64,000 bases of DNA from an uncultured Candidatus Saccharibacteria bacterium (GCA_964371255.1 CAYJKV010000001.1:163140-227139), one strand, 5' to 3'. Shown: positions 38,757-49,172, numbered from the stretch's first letter. Numbers and translations: made by a program. The notes: a model not told the origin generated them from the letters alone.

Positions 38757-39191
38757 ATGGAAAACGCAAAGAAAAAGGGCAAGATACTGACTGGGCATTA
38801 TCTGGCCTTCGCCCTTTTTTTAGTTTTGTTGCAGTTAACACCGCAGATAGCGTACCAAGCGTCTTTTGTGGGATGCAGCGGCCTTGATTGCACATTATTG
38901 GACTTAGTAGCAGTGCCAATAAATATATTTAATTATTTGTTGTCGGCGGGAGCACTGGTATTATTATTGGTGATCATATGGGCAGGCATCAGAATGGCCA
39001 TGTACTGGTTTAATGAGCAGCCTGAGCAAGAATTAAATGCAGCTAAGCTAACATTAACTCGCGGTTTAGTCGGTTTTGTTATCATTGTCTCAGCTATTTT
39101 AATCATCAATGTTTTGGCAGTAACAATTTTGGGTTTGTACAGAAATGCTGAAATCAAAAGTCTATTGGAGAACTTAATCTATTTTGACTAA
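38757..39191 (+). CDS. Small membrane protein with signal peptide and two TM helices (pilin-like, TrbC/VirB2-like topology), hypothetical
   Basis: 144 aa with the hydrophobic segments LAFALFLVLLQL and LLSAGALVLLLVIIWAGI. Confidence 0.55.
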   Translation: MENAKKKGKILTGHYLAFALFLVLLQLTPQIAYQASFVGCSGLDCTLLDLVAVPINIFNYLLSAGALVLLLVIIWAGIRMAMYWFNEQPEQELNAAKLTLTRGLVGFVIIVSAILIINVLAVTILGLYRNAEIKSLLENLIYFD

Positions 39192-39354
39192 TCATAGTAC
39201 CTGAGAGCAGGACTGAGCCGTAATAATGAATGGTGTGACGTCCTTTGGTGTTGGGTGTTCCTAGACCATTGACATTTGCATAATGTGATGGCAGGATAGG
39301 AATGAAGGTTAATTCTTATTTATTTGGTGGGAGGTGTAAAAATTGCTTCGGTGA

Positions 39355-39630
39355 TTGCCGGGGTACAACAATATGGTTGAGGTAAAAAAACGTGATAATG
39401 AAAGCACGGATAATTTGTTGCGTCGTTTTAGTCGAAAGGTGCAACATAGTGGTGTTTTACTGCAAGCGCGTAAAATTAGATTTCATATTCGTAAGAAAGG
39501 AAGACGCAAGATGCGTGAGGATGCTATTCGGCGAGCGGGCCTAAAAGCGGAAAGGGATCGCCTGATTAAACTGGGAGAGATTGATGAGTTTGCGTATCCA
39601 CAACAAAAACAGCGGTATCCGAGACGTTAA
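39355..39630 (+). CDS. rpsU: 30S ribosomal protein S21
   Basis: MVEVKKRDNESTDNLLRRFSRKVQHSGVLLQARKIRFH matches the S21 pattern. Start may be the internal ATG at 39373. Confidence 0.8.
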   Translation: MPGYNNMVEVKKRDNESTDNLLRRFSRKVQHSGVLLQARKIRFHIRKKGRRKMREDAIRRAGLKAERDRLIKLGEIDEFAYPQQKQRYPRR

Positions 39631-39908
39631 GAGGGTCGCAATGATTACAGCGTAGGCTGGTTTGGCCAGCCCTGGATTTGACAATGGCGGCAAGCGTTCA
39701 GACGACAAAAAGTTGGATAAGTAGTAAGGGTATTGATTAACTACACTGAAGGAGTGCTTGGTGTGATGTGTCTTATGGATTTCACGCGCTGCTGATCGTG
39801 GAAGTGCGGCAGGAGAGAAAATGATTATTAATTGCGGGTTGTGAGAGGGGTATAGTATAATTGCTTATATTAATAACAGGGAGAGGATAAGCAATAAAGT
39901 TTTATATT

Positions 39909-40967
39909 ATGACAGCCCAAGTGCCACCACCTAATTTACCTTTGTCATCAAGCGGTGATAATAAACCTGGTGGAGGGAGAGGCATGGAGCCAGGCAAGTT
40001 TGGACCAAAGCCGATGCCGCGGCCTACCGGTACGCCAGTAGTTCCCCAGGCGTCACCTGTACCGAGCAGCCGGCCACCTTTGCCTGCGCAGTTAATAAAA
40101 GAACAAGAGAAAAGTGTTCCAAATAATCCACCGGGCGGAGGGGTAGACGCACCGGATCCATTCATGACGGGTGGAACAGGTAAAACTGCTGTGCCGAGCA
40201 AACCGTTGGTAGACAGTGGACAGCAAGGGGCCGCAACTACACCAAGCGGAATAAAAGGAATCAGCGGGGCGGCTTGGCAGGGCGGTAACCCGAATATGCC
40301 GGATAGTTTTAGTGCCGTACCTCCTAGTATAGACGAAGCAAAACCGATTGCTCCGACTGCGTTTAGAGAACCAGAGATGCCGCGCAAAGGACGAAGGCGA
40401 GCGGCGTTAATCGTGGGTATAGTGGTGATTGTTATTATGCTGGCCGCGATTGGGTATGCTGCGGTAAGGTTTTTTATGGTTAATTTAGGGACAGCGGAAA
40501 ATTCAGAAACAACAACACCTCTAGCAGAAGAGACGGCGGAGGAAACACCGGACACGATACCTAGCGGCGAAGGAGACTTGTTACTGCCGACAGTACCCAC
40601 CGTTGAGCCCGCAACAACAGCATCACCGGGAGTGACTTTAATGCCAACAACCGGGACAGATGCAGAGGTGCTTGATACAGACCAAGATGGATTAACAGCG
40701 GCGGAAGAGAGGTTTTATGGTACGGATGTAAATAAGGCCGACACGGATGAAGACGGTTTTAATGATGGTGAAGAGATTCGCTCGGGCTACGATCCGCTGG
40801 GACCCGGAAAATTAGACTCGGACAATGATGGATTTGCGGATCCGGAAGAGAGAGAATTTGGGAGCGATCCTTTCAATCCTGACACCGATGGTGATGGTTA
40901 CAGCGATGGTGATGAGATACAGAACGGTTATAATCCGCTGATTCCTTCACCGGGCGATAAGTTATAG
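39909..40967 (+). CDS. Pro-rich membrane protein with C-terminal thrombospondin type-3-like calcium-binding repeats
   Basis: N-terminal P/G-rich region, TM ([22 protein letters not shown]), then four DxDxDGxxDxxE repeats ([48 protein letters not shown]). The antisense ORF 39902..40600 is spurious. Confidence 0.7.
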   Translation: MTAQVPPPNLPLSSSGDNKPGGGRGMEPGKFGPKPMPRPTGTPVVPQASPVPSSRPPLPAQLIKEQEKSVPNNPPGGGVDAPDPFMTGGTGKTAVPSKPLVDSGQQGAATTPSGIKGISGAAWQGGNPNMPDSFSAVPPSIDEAKPIAPTAFREPEMPRKGRRRAALIVGIVVIVIMLAAIGYAAVRFFMVNLGTAENSETTTPLAEETAEETPDTIPSGEGDLLLPTVPTVEPATTASPGVTLMPTTGTDAEVLDTDQDGLTAAEERFYGTDVNKADTDEDGFNDGEEIRSGYDPLGPGKLDSDNDGFADPEEREFGSDPFNPDTDGDGYSDGDEIQNGYNPLIPSPGDKL

Positions 40968-41067
40968 GCTTGATAAGGCGATGAGCCTTGTTAATGAATA
41001 AAACACGGTTCAATTTTAAGTTGTTGGGTTGTTGTTAAAGTTTTGTTTATAGAAGGGGAGAACGCTT

Positions 41068-41487
41068 ATGCCAATAATAATTGCTGAGGATAATTTTATT
41101 TTAAGCCAAAGTGAAATTGATGCGATATGGCAAGCAGTACAGCGGGAATGCCGTACTCCGGATGACATAATTAGCTTCAAAAGTGTAGACGAGGCAGAAA
41201 TTAAGCGGTTGAATAATAAATATCGGCAGACGAATAAAGCGACCAATGTCCTGACTTTTTCGTATGGAGAAGGTGAGCATGATGTAGCTATTTGTTTAAC
41301 AGTAGCGGAAAGAGAAGCTCGGGATCGCAAAATGGATTTAAAGCCTTATGCGGCTTTATTGGTAACACATGCATTATTACACGCAGCGGGAGTGGATCAT
41401 GAAGCGTCAGTGGAAAAAGCAGAGACGATGGCAGGTTTGGAGGAAAAGATAGTAAGGGAACAAGGGTGGGGAGCAACGCATTTGTAA
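41068..41487 (+). CDS. ybeY: rRNA maturation endoribonuclease YbeY
   Basis: HALLHAAGVDHE is the YbeY H3xH5xH zinc motif. Preceded by an SD (AAGGGGAG). Confidence 0.8.
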   Translation: MPIIIAEDNFILSQSEIDAIWQAVQRECRTPDDIISFKSVDEAEIKRLNNKYRQTNKATNVLTFSYGEGEHDVAICLTVAEREARDRKMDLKPYAALLVTHALLHAAGVDHEASVEKAETMAGLEEKIVREQGWGATHL

Positions 41488-41546
41488 GAGGAAGAGGCGA
41501 AAAAAGAACATGATTGAAGGACTAACTTTGTGCTACTCTGTCATAT

Positions 41547-41960
41547 ATGAGTGATCAAAACAATGGGATGGAAAATTTTCCGACGGGATACCATAAGAGT
41601 CACGGGTTTGGCGAAGCGAGCAAGCATGCTTGGAACGGAGTGAAAACCGCCTTTGCCAGCGAGAGGAATTTAAAGTTGCAAATGGTTATTTATGTGATTA
41701 TTCTGGTCGTGGCTGTTCTGGTCGGATTGTCTTTTTTAGAAATCGCGATGATTATATTGACGGCCACGGTAGTAGTGGCTTTAGAAATGGTTAACACGGC
41801 AGTAGAGCATTTTGCTGATGTAGTGGAACCTCAATATAGCAAGGTGGTGGAGCGGATTAAGGACTTTACCGCTGGAGCAGTGCTTATTACGAGCATAGCA
41901 GCTGTTATTGTTGGTTTGTTGCTGATTGTTCCCCCGCTACTGTTACGTTTAGTCAATTAG
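41547..41960 (+). CDS. dgkA: Diacylglycerol kinase / undecaprenol kinase family (DgkA)
   Basis: Three TM helices and the DgkA family motif (LEMVNTAVEHFAD). Confidence 0.78.
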   Translation: MSDQNNGMENFPTGYHKSHGFGEASKHAWNGVKTAFASERNLKLQMVIYVIILVVAVLVGLSFLEIAMIILTATVVVALEMVNTAVEHFADVVEPQYSKVVERIKDFTAGAVLITSIAAVIVGLLLIVPPLLLRLVN

Positions 41961-42034
41961 CGTGGTAAATATTGGAAGTAGATTTTATGCTTAGGGTGGA
42001 TGAGCGTACTGGGAGAAGGCAATTTATTTATTAA

Positions 42035-43282
42035 TTGAATGATAGGATGGCACAAGCGACACATATAACGGGCATTGATCTGGGATCATCGACGGTGCGG
42101 GTCGTTGTGGCGAAAGTTGAGAGTGGCAGTGATGTACCGACAATTCTGGGTGTTGGGAAAGCAGCCATGGAAGGAATGCAAAAGGGAGTGGTCAATGATG
42201 TGGACGATGCGGTAAAAAGCGTCAGCACCGCCCTGGATATGGCCGAAAGAGTGGCGGGTGTACCGATTGACCGGGCCTATGTGAGTATTAACGGCTCGCA
42301 TATATCCTCACAAAATTCACGGGGTGTAATCGCCGTGAGCAGGGCGGATGGAGAAATAACTGAAGAAGACGTGGATCGGGTGATTAATGCTGCACAGGCT
42401 GTGTCCTTGCCCAGCAATCGGGAGGTCTTACATGTTTTGCCCCAGAATTTTGTGGTAGATGGGCATGAGCACATTAAGGATCCGGTAGGAATGACGGCGG
42501 TCAGACTAGAGGTGGAAACGCATATGGTTGATGGCTCCACGCCTTTTATTAAAAACATTACTAAAGTTATTAACCAATCCGGAGTGCATATTGAGGATTT
42601 TGTATTTTCACCGCTGGCCGCGGCCACCGCTGTTTTGGATAAGAAACAGAAAGAATTGGGCGTCGTCCTGGTAGACTTGGGGGCAGGGACCAGCAGCCTA
42701 ATTGTTTATGAAGAGAATATGTTACTGGATACCGCTGTCTTACCACTTGGCTTCGCCCATGTGACCAATGACATCGCGATCGGCCTGAGAACTTCCATTG
42801 AAGTAGCGGAAGAGATTAAAAAACAGTACGGGACAGCATTGGCGGAGACGGTAAAAAAATCGGAGTCAATCATGATCGACTCAGACAGTGAACAAGATTC
42901 GGTTTCCCGCAAAGAAGTGGCGGACATAATTAGTGCGCGACTGGATGAAATTTACTCGTTTGTCGATAAGGAGCTGAAGAGTATCGGACGATCTGGTTTA
43001 TTACCGGCGGGTGTCATCTTTACGGGAGGAGGAGCCAGTCTGCCCGGAGTAGTAGAATTGGCAAAAAGTAAACTGCGTTTGCCAGCGAGAGTCGGGATGA
43101 TCAGACCGTTAGAGGGCTTGAGTGAGCAGGTTGGCGACCCAGCTTACGCGGTAGTGGTTGGATTGGTGTTGTGGGCAATGGAGCAGGAAAAATCAACGCA
43201 TCGCCGATCAAAATTACACGTACCGGATATGAGGGTGACTGTGAGCCGAGTGCGCAGCTGGTTAAAGTCGTTCATGCCATAG
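42035..43282 (+). CDS. ftsA: Cell division protein FtsA
   Basis: Actin-like ATPase N-terminus (ITGIDLGSSTVRVVVAK) with FtsA domain order including the 1C insert. Confidence 0.9.
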   Translation: MNDRMAQATHITGIDLGSSTVRVVVAKVESGSDVPTILGVGKAAMEGMQKGVVNDVDDAVKSVSTALDMAERVAGVPIDRAYVSINGSHISSQNSRGVIAVSRADGEITEEDVDRVINAAQAVSLPSNREVLHVLPQNFVVDGHEHIKDPVGMTAVRLEVETHMVDGSTPFIKNITKVINQSGVHIEDFVFSPLAAATAVLDKKQKELGVVLVDLGAGTSSLIVYEENMLLDTAVLPLGFAHVTNDIAIGLRTSIEVAEEIKKQYGTALAETVKKSESIMIDSDSEQDSVSRKEVADIISARLDEIYSFVDKELKSIGRSGLLPAGVIFTGGGASLPGVVELAKSKLRLPARVGMIRPLEGLSEQVGDPAYAVVVGLVLWAMEQEKSTHRRSKLHVPDMRVTVSRVRSWLKSFMP

Positions 43283-43500
43283 CGCGAAGTTAGAAAAATT
43301 TAGTTAAAATAGTTTTATGTACACAATATGTGTGCATATTGTTTATTGACATAGTTTAATGATGCTTTACTCTGTTCTTGATGAGCACGGTTTGCGCAAA
43401 TATGAAAAATATCAGTGATAGCGACCGGGATATTTGCGATCAGGAAGTTTTTAGGAATTATTAACCAGTCAGTATATTAATAAATTTGACTAAAGATTAG

Positions 43501-44736
43501 ATGCCCTTAAAGAAACCGACAATCGAGAACGTGGCCAACATTAAGGTCGTTGGCGTGGGCGGGTCCGGTAACGCAGCCTTGAACCGCATGATGGAAGCAA
43601 AAATCAAAGGCGTAGAGTTTGTGGCAGTTAATACTGACGCGCAGGCTTTGCACTATTCAGGCGCACCGACCAAATTGCATATCGGACAGAACCTAACGAG
43701 GGGCCTCGGAGCTGGGATGAATCCATCTATTGGTCAGCAAGCGGCGGAAGAGAGTCGAGAAGAGATACACGAAGTTTTGAAGGGTTCAGATATGGTGTTC
43801 GTAACGTGCGGTTTCGGCGGCGGCACCGGCTCCGGGGCAGGACCATTGATCTGTGAAATTGCTAAAGAGACGGGAGCGTTGACGGTAGCAGTGGTAACCA
43901 AACCGTTTTCTTTTGAGGGACAGCAGCGGATGACGTTGGCGGAGGAAGCGATCGCTGAACTAAATGACCGAGTGGACGCCTCGGTAATCATTCCCAATGA
44001 CCGATTGCTGCAGATTATAGACAAAAAGACCAGTTTGCTAGATGCGTTTAAAGTGGTGGATGACGTGCTGCGGCAGGGTGTACAAGGTATTTCGGACTTA
44101 ATAACACAGCACGGTATGGTTAATGTCGACTTTGCGGATATCAGGGCTATCGTGCAGGATGCAGGATCAGCCTTGATGGGCATCGGCCGAGCGACAGGGG
44201 AGAACCGGGCGGTAGAAGCGGCTCGGGCGTCGATAGCCAGTCCAATGATGGATGTAACAATAGATGGGGCGCGAGGGATTGTATTTAATATAACAGCGGG
44301 CAATGATTTGCGGATGTTTGAAGTGGAGGAAGCGGCGCGAGTCATAACCGAGAATGCCGATCCGAACGCGAAAGTAATCTTTGGGGCGGTGATTGACTCA
44401 GAACAAGTAGAAGAAGGAGAAATCAAGATTACGGTCGTGGCGACCGGGTTTGAAAAGCCAGAGATAGTCAGGCAGCAGCGAGAAAGGTATAGTGGTTCGG
44501 TGCAGTTTACGCCACCGGCCGGGATGGGCCAGGCCAGGCCGACTGCGCCTTTGAGCCGTCCAATGGAGCCTTTGCCGCCGCCAGCAACTGAGGCCCATAC
44601 CATCATCTATCCAAGAGCAGCGGAACCAATGCCGCAGGATCGTCGGGTTGAAGAAGAAGACTTGGATGTTCCGACTTTTATCCGCCGGAAGATGCGGGAG
44701 CAAAAGGAATCGAGGAGCCGAGGGGAAGAAGTGTAA
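43501..44736 (+). CDS. ftsZ: Cell division GTPase FtsZ
   Basis: Tubulin signature GFGGGTGSGAGP, T7 loop, and a C-terminal variable tail. Confidence 0.95.
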   Translation: MPLKKPTIENVANIKVVGVGGSGNAALNRMMEAKIKGVEFVAVNTDAQALHYSGAPTKLHIGQNLTRGLGAGMNPSIGQQAAEESREEIHEVLKGSDMVFVTCGFGGGTGSGAGPLICEIAKETGALTVAVVTKPFSFEGQQRMTLAEEAIAELNDRVDASVIIPNDRLLQIIDKKTSLLDAFKVVDDVLRQGVQGISDLITQHGMVNVDFADIRAIVQDAGSALMGIGRATGENRAVEAARASIASPMMDVTIDGARGIVFNITAGNDLRMFEVEEAARVITENADPNAKVIFGAVIDSEQVEEGEIKITVVATGFEKPEIVRQQRERYSGSVQFTPPAGMGQARPTAPLSRPMEPLPPPATEAHTIIYPRAAEPMPQDRRVEEEDLDVPTFIRRKMREQKESRSRGEEV

Positions 44737-44766
44737 GAGAGACTTGCGGACGCAAAGCTTGAGAGT

Positions 44767-44786
44767 CGCGCCGGGCGCGGCTTTTT
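44767..44786 (+). terminator. Terminator candidate after ftsZ (CGCGC-cgg-GCGCG then GCTTTTT)
   Basis: gtcgcgccgggcgcggctttttg, 30 nt after the ftsZ stop. Confidence 0.5.
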
Positions 44787-45047
44787 GTATTAAAGAAAAA
44801 ACGTATTGGTAAAACACCAAGAGCCAGCCTTAGTCTTTCAACTTCGATCAGGGCTTCGGACGACAAGTTAGCCGGTAGGCCTGTCTATCGGTAGGCCAAG
44901 TTATTGTTTCACTCAAAATGCGCGGCTCCGCAAAATCGCTTTGCGATCAAGAAGCACGTTTATTTTGGCGAAATAATAAAAAACCGCTAAGGCTGAGAGC
45001 ATTAGCGGTGCAGGTTTTGGAAAGACTCAATGGTTTGCCGTCAAGAC

Positions 45048-45956
45048 CTAAGCAGTTTGCAAGTGAAACAGACGCTTAGCGACAATCTCGTAGTTGATGA
45101 CGCCAAAGGCAGCACCGAGAAGGCCACCGAAGATTATCACGAGTCCTGCGTCAAGAAATGAGCCGATGTAGGAATGGAGCAGGAGCAAGGATAGCAGGCC
45201 GCCGAGTGTTCCGTCGATGGCGCACAGTATGCGTTCGTGGCAGTGGACAAATTTGAAAGTAAGCCAGAGAGGGCGGAGGATACCGAAGAAACAAATGCCA
45301 GCCAATAAAACTATAGCTACTGTAGGTATGACCAGAAAAAGTCCCTCTAACAGCCAACGCAGAACGTTAAGGTAGGTTACCGGTTTTTCTTTAAATCCAC
45401 CCGCTTTCAGCAGGTAGGGACTGAGAGCCATCAGTCTGGTACGCCAGAAAGATGTTTCGACAAAATGCGCACCCAGTGCGGCCAAACCGTATATGATGGT
45501 ACAACACATTACACCATAAAAGGTGCAAAGAACTGCTGCAGCGAACCACTGCTCTGCATCCCACGAATCGGGTAATATTCTCAAGTGTAGAAGTGGAGAA
45601 AAAGTGGCTAAATCTAGCAAAATGCCGAAACATAAAAAGGGGTGGGGTTTCCTGAACCAAGCCCACATTTCGGCAAGCACGCACCCACTAACTCCTAGAA
45701 AAGTGTGCCAGCATACTGGTGCTTCCTGATAGGCTTTTCGCCAGGCTTGGGGGATGGCAGCTAGCACATCGCGCAAATCATAACAAAGATACCCAGCGGC
45801 CATACCAGCTAAAATGGCTATGCCCCATAAGTGCGGAGAGACCAAGAGAGCCAGACTGACACACAGAATACCTCCCATAAAACAAGCCACTGCAATTTTT
45901 TTTGTTTCCATTGACAAACTCCCGGGAAAAGTGAAAAGAGCTGACCGAAAAAGCAC
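45048..45956 (-). CDS. Polytopic membrane protein, Trp/Cys/His-rich, hypothetical (divergent from comEC)
   Basis: About 300 aa with 7-8 predicted TM helices and slightly elevated GC. Alternative start at 45911 (METKK). Confidence 0.55.
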   Translation of the reverse strand: MLFRSALFTFPGSLSMETKKIAVACFMGGILCVSLALLVSPHLWGIAILAGMAAGYLCYDLRDVLAAIPQAWRKAYQEAPVCWHTFLGVSGCVLAEMWAWFRKPHPFLCFGILLDLATFSPLLHLRILPDSWDAEQWFAAAVLCTFYGVMCCTIIYGLAALGAHFVETSFWRTRLMALSPYLLKAGGFKEKPVTYLNVLRWLLEGLFLVIPTVAIVLLAGICFFGILRPLWLTFKFVHCHERILCAIDGTLGGLLSLLLLHSYIGSFLDAGLVIIFGGLLGAAFGVINYEIVAKRLFHLQTA

Positions 45957-46005
45957 TTACATAGAGGTACGCTATTATTTAATAAAAATCAAGAAAGGTT
46001 TATGG

Positions 46006-47520
46006 ATGCAGATGACGAGTGCTTTGAGAGGCTTGTCTGAAGCGGAACGGATTATTTATGCTGTGTATGTGCGCAAGTTTTTGTTGTTATTAGTTATCGC
46101 GTGGGTGCTAGGGATAGCTGCTGGTGTGGCCGAGGAGGGTAGTTGGTGGTTGATGGCACTCGGAATAGGCATAATCGGAGCAGCTATAAAAAATAAAGAA
46201 CGATGGACGTTAGTAACGGCCATGATTTTATTGCTCGCGTTAGGATGGGTGGATGGATGGGGACAGGGACATAAATCGGTTGCGGCGTGTGAAAACGTTG
46301 AGAATAGGGCCGCTACCGTAGTAAATCGACCAGAAAGTTTGGAGAGACAGGTACGGTTTATCGCACAAATTGATGACTGCCGAATATTGGTGTCAGTGTC
46401 GCCGTGGCTCAGCGTCGGTCAAAATGACCAAGTGGTTATTACCGGTGGAAAAAAGCAATCGCTGGAAGAGGTAAAAGAATTCTCGGTCGGGTATGCGAAG
46501 TACTTAAGCCGGCGGGGGATCAGTGCGACCTGGTTTTTTCCGGACGTGGAAATTGTGAAAGTGAACAACTTAGGCGGTTGGTGGTCTTGGGGTAACACAC
46601 AAAATTTGTCCAATACATTTCAGGATCGAATACAGATACTCTTCGTGGAGCCGGACGCGAGTCTGGTGATGGGTATGCTGCTGGCGCAAAAAGGGACAAT
46701 CCCAAAAGAAATAACGCAGCAATTCCAGGCGACGGGCGTGAGCCACATACTGGCTATCTCCGGCATGAATATCTCGATTATTGCTGGAATTATCTATTTT
46801 TTAATCGCGCCGCTGCCGCTACGGAAATGGACGCAAACCGGACTGATGCTGACAGTACTATGGCTATACATAGTTTTTATCGGAGCGCCGGTGTCAGTGG
46901 TGCGAGCCGGGTCATTTATAACAGTGGCTATGGTGTTGCTGAGGTTAAGTAAATTAGTCAGTTTGCCTACGGCGTTGATAATAACTGTCGTAGTCACTGC
47001 GACAGCGGATCCATTAGTGCTGCTGGACGTGGGTTGGCAGTTATCGGTGGGAGCAGTAGTTGGGATTTTCTTAATATTGTTTGTTACTAAACAAACCCAA
47101 CCGCGACTCAGTAAAGGTGGGATTGGAATCTGGTTGTATAACCTTGTAATAGTATCGCTAGGCGCGTCACTGGCAACCTGGCCCTTGATTATGTATCACT
47201 TTGGAAACGTGTCCTTAGTGAGCTTGCTCGCTAATCTACTAGTAGTACCAGTAGTTTCGTTTATTTTGATTTTGGCGCCCGCCAGCATTGCTCTCTCTTG
47301 GGCATGGATGGGGGGAGGATTAATTCTGGGGGCAGTAAATCACTGGTGTATCAGCTGGCTGGTCGATATAACCGGGATGTTGTCGCAATGGCCGGGGATG
47401 TATTGGACGGAACTGGGGATACAGGCTTGGCTGGTGTGGGTATATTGGATAGGGTTGATGGGACTAATCCATTTTATATTGCGGCGGCAGAATAGATCAT
47501 GGCGGGAAGTGTGGGCGTAG
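46006..47520 (+). CDS. comEC: DNA internalisation channel ComEC/Rec2 (competence domain only)
   Basis: Competence-domain motif GVSHILAISGMNISIIAG and multiple TM helices. Start set at ATG 46006, preceded by AAAGG. Confidence 0.85.
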   Translation: MQMTSALRGLSEAERIIYAVYVRKFLLLLVIAWVLGIAAGVAEEGSWWLMALGIGIIGAAIKNKERWTLVTAMILLLALGWVDGWGQGHKSVAACENVENRAATVVNRPESLERQVRFIAQIDDCRILVSVSPWLSVGQNDQVVITGGKKQSLEEVKEFSVGYAKYLSRRGISATWFFPDVEIVKVNNLGGWWSWGNTQNLSNTFQDRIQILFVEPDASLVMGMLLAQKGTIPKEITQQFQATGVSHILAISGMNISIIAGIIYFLIAPLPLRKWTQTGLMLTVLWLYIVFIGAPVSVVRAGSFITVAMVLLRLSKLVSLPTALIITVVVTATADPLVLLDVGWQLSVGAVVGIFLILFVTKQTQPRLSKGGIGIWLYNLVIVSLGASLATWPLIMYHFGNVSLVSLLANLLVVPVVSFILILAPASIALSWAWMGGGLILGAVNHWCISWLVDITGMLSQWPGMYWTELGIQAWLVWVYWIGLMGLIHFILRRQNRSWREVWA

Positions 47521-47544
47521 TGTGGTATTTTTTGATATAGCGCT

Positions 47545-48393
47545 ATGAAAACGTTATTGATCGGCCTGGCTATATTCACCTTTTTTGCTTGGGAATTACC
47601 GTCGGCGGGCACAGAACAAAAGGTGGTGTTTTTAGATGTCGGACAAGGTGATTCGATTTTAATGCAGGATGGCAGTAATCAAATATTACTGGATGGGGGC
47701 CCTGGAATGAAGGTGCTGGAGGAACTGGGAAAACAAATGAGTTGGTTCGATAGACGGATTGAGGTGGTAATACTATCACATCCGCAAGAAGATCATATGG
47801 AGGGATTGCTGCATGTCATTGACAGATATCAGGTGGGTTTGGTGGTAATACCAAAAGTGGCGACAGATACGTTGATGCAGCAGGAGTGGATAAAAAAGAT
47901 TGAAGGACACAGGGTGCCATGGCGGTTTGCTTGGGCAGGACAGAGGATCACGGCGGGGGATATTGAGTTAAATATTCTTCATCCGTTTGATGGCGAAGTT
48001 GCGGCCAAGAATGTTAATGATGCGTCAGTGGTCGCGCGGGTTGATTTTGGAAAAAAAGATACCGAAGGAAGGAGACTGTCCTTTCTTTTAACGGGGGACG
48101 CAGAGAAGAAAGTGGAGAATATGCTGATAGCGCGTACCGACCCTAGTTTACTGGATGTAGATGTGTTAAAGGCTGGTCATCATGGCAGCAAAACTTCGAC
48201 GATACCGGCGATGGTTAACGTGACGACGCCACAGGCAGCGGTTGTTTCGGTCGGGGCGGACAATAAATTCGGGCATCCGGCAATGGAGGTGTTGGATAGA
48301 TTAAAGAATATACCGGTTTGGCGGACGGACATAGACGGAGCGGTGGAGTTTTTTTGGAGTAAGGGGGAGTGGAGAGTGAGGACAGGAAATTAA
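47545..48393 (+). CDS. MBL-fold metallo-hydrolase corresponding to the ComEC C-terminal beta-lactamase domain, encoded as a separate ORF
   Basis: LDVGQGDSILMQ...HPQEDHMEGL...AGHHGSKTS metal-binding motifs. Immediately follows comEC. Confidence 0.8.
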   Translation: MKTLLIGLAIFTFFAWELPSAGTEQKVVFLDVGQGDSILMQDGSNQILLDGGPGMKVLEELGKQMSWFDRRIEVVILSHPQEDHMEGLLHVIDRYQVGLVVIPKVATDTLMQQEWIKKIEGHRVPWRFAWAGQRITAGDIELNILHPFDGEVAAKNVNDASVVARVDFGKKDTEGRRLSFLLTGDAEKKVENMLIARTDPSLLDVDVLKAGHHGSKTSTIPAMVNVTTPQAAVVSVGADNKFGHPAMEVLDRLKNIPVWRTDIDGAVEFFWSKGEWRVRTGN

Positions 48394-48450
48394 TTTTCAA
48401 TTTCTAATTTTCAATTTTCAAATAATTCTCAAGGCAACAATTTTCAAACG
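48385..48450 (+). repeat. Related T-rich variant repeat (AATTTTCAA units) downstream of the MBL-fold gene
   Basis: ttaattttcaatttctaattttcaattttcaaataattctcaaggcaacaattttcaaacg. Confidence 0.55.
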
Positions 48451-48663
48451 TGAGATTAAAACGCAAAGCGAAAAACAACAGAGAAAAACTAAAAGAAGCC
48501 AAACGCTTGCACGGAATAGTGGGTTGAGATATCAACAAGGGGTTCTTTGGGTGTGCGATCTATGGTTTGTCGTTATGACATAAGGAGCACTGCACACTAG
48601 GAGTGGGATGAGGAGGCTTGTGTCTCTATGACGTTATTCATCGTGTCCCGCTCTTTTTATTTT

Positions 48664-48692
48664 CCCATGTCCACACCTGGTGTGGACATGGG
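48664..48692. promoter_or_regulatory. Second copy of the palindrome, CCCATGTCCACA-cctgg-TGTGGACATGGG, preceded by TTTTTATTTT, just 3' of the minus-strand coiled-coil ORF
   Basis: Arms match the copy at 11108 in 11 of 12 positions, and the flanking T-run is conserved. Confidence 0.6.
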
Positions 48693-48699
48693 GTAGTTG

Positions 48700-49044
48700 T
48701 TAGTAGTGAGGGCCGACGGGTATGCCGGAATGTTTTTCCAAAATTTGGATTCTGGTTTCGTGGTCCGGGATCAGCTGCTCTTTGATTAGCGAGATTTCGT
48801 CATGGTTGGCTCCGGCCACATCCTGGTGAATGTTTTCGGCCAAGGCTTTGAACTCATGAATGATTTCTTCCTTCATGGTGTCAATCTTAGCGTCAATTTC
48901 AGTGAATCTTTCGTCTATTTTAGTGAACCTTTCATTAACCTCGGTAAATCCTTTTTGTGTGGCGGCGGCGAGTTCGTCTACGGCCAGGCGGATATCCTTT
49001 TTTGTGGCTGGGTCGGCCGTGTGATGTTGTTTTGATCGGGGCAT
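48700..49044 (-). CDS. Small coiled-coil protein, hypothetical
   Basis: 114 aa from MPRSKQ with heptad-like FTEVNERFTKIDERFTEIDAKIDTMKEEIIHEFKAL. The longer track ORF would overlap the ndk start. Confidence 0.5.
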   Translation of the reverse strand: MPRSKQHHTADPATKKDIRLAVDELAAATQKGFTEVNERFTKIDERFTEIDAKIDTMKEEIIHEFKALAENIHQDVAGANHDEISLIKEQLIPDHETRIQILEKHSGIPVGPHY

Positions 49045-49172
49045 GCGATTAGTGTGCCAGTTACAGCAAAAGCAGGCAATGTTTTTGCTGAAGGAAGAAT
49101 AGATTACAATAATAGTTGAAATGTTTAAGAATTTAAGGTACTGATTACTCATTAATATTTTTAACAACAAAT

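Noticed and set aside
39902-40600. Minus-strand 232 aa Gly/Pro-rich ORF
   Set aside because: Antisense to the Pro-rich N-terminus of the TSP3-repeat membrane protein. Low-complexity DNA gives open frames on both strands, and the plus ORF has the TM segment and calcium-binding repeats.
43734-44606. 290 aa minus-strand ORF
   Set aside because: Entirely antisense to ftsZ, which is unambiguous. Ala/Ser-rich translation is typical of GC-skewed antisense frames.
11108-48692. The two 12 bp-arm palindromes as boundaries of a genomic island or integrated element
   Set aside because: The 37.5 kb between them is dominated by essential core genes (leuS, parAB, topA, mfd, hisS, ftsAZ, comEC), and no integrase is present.
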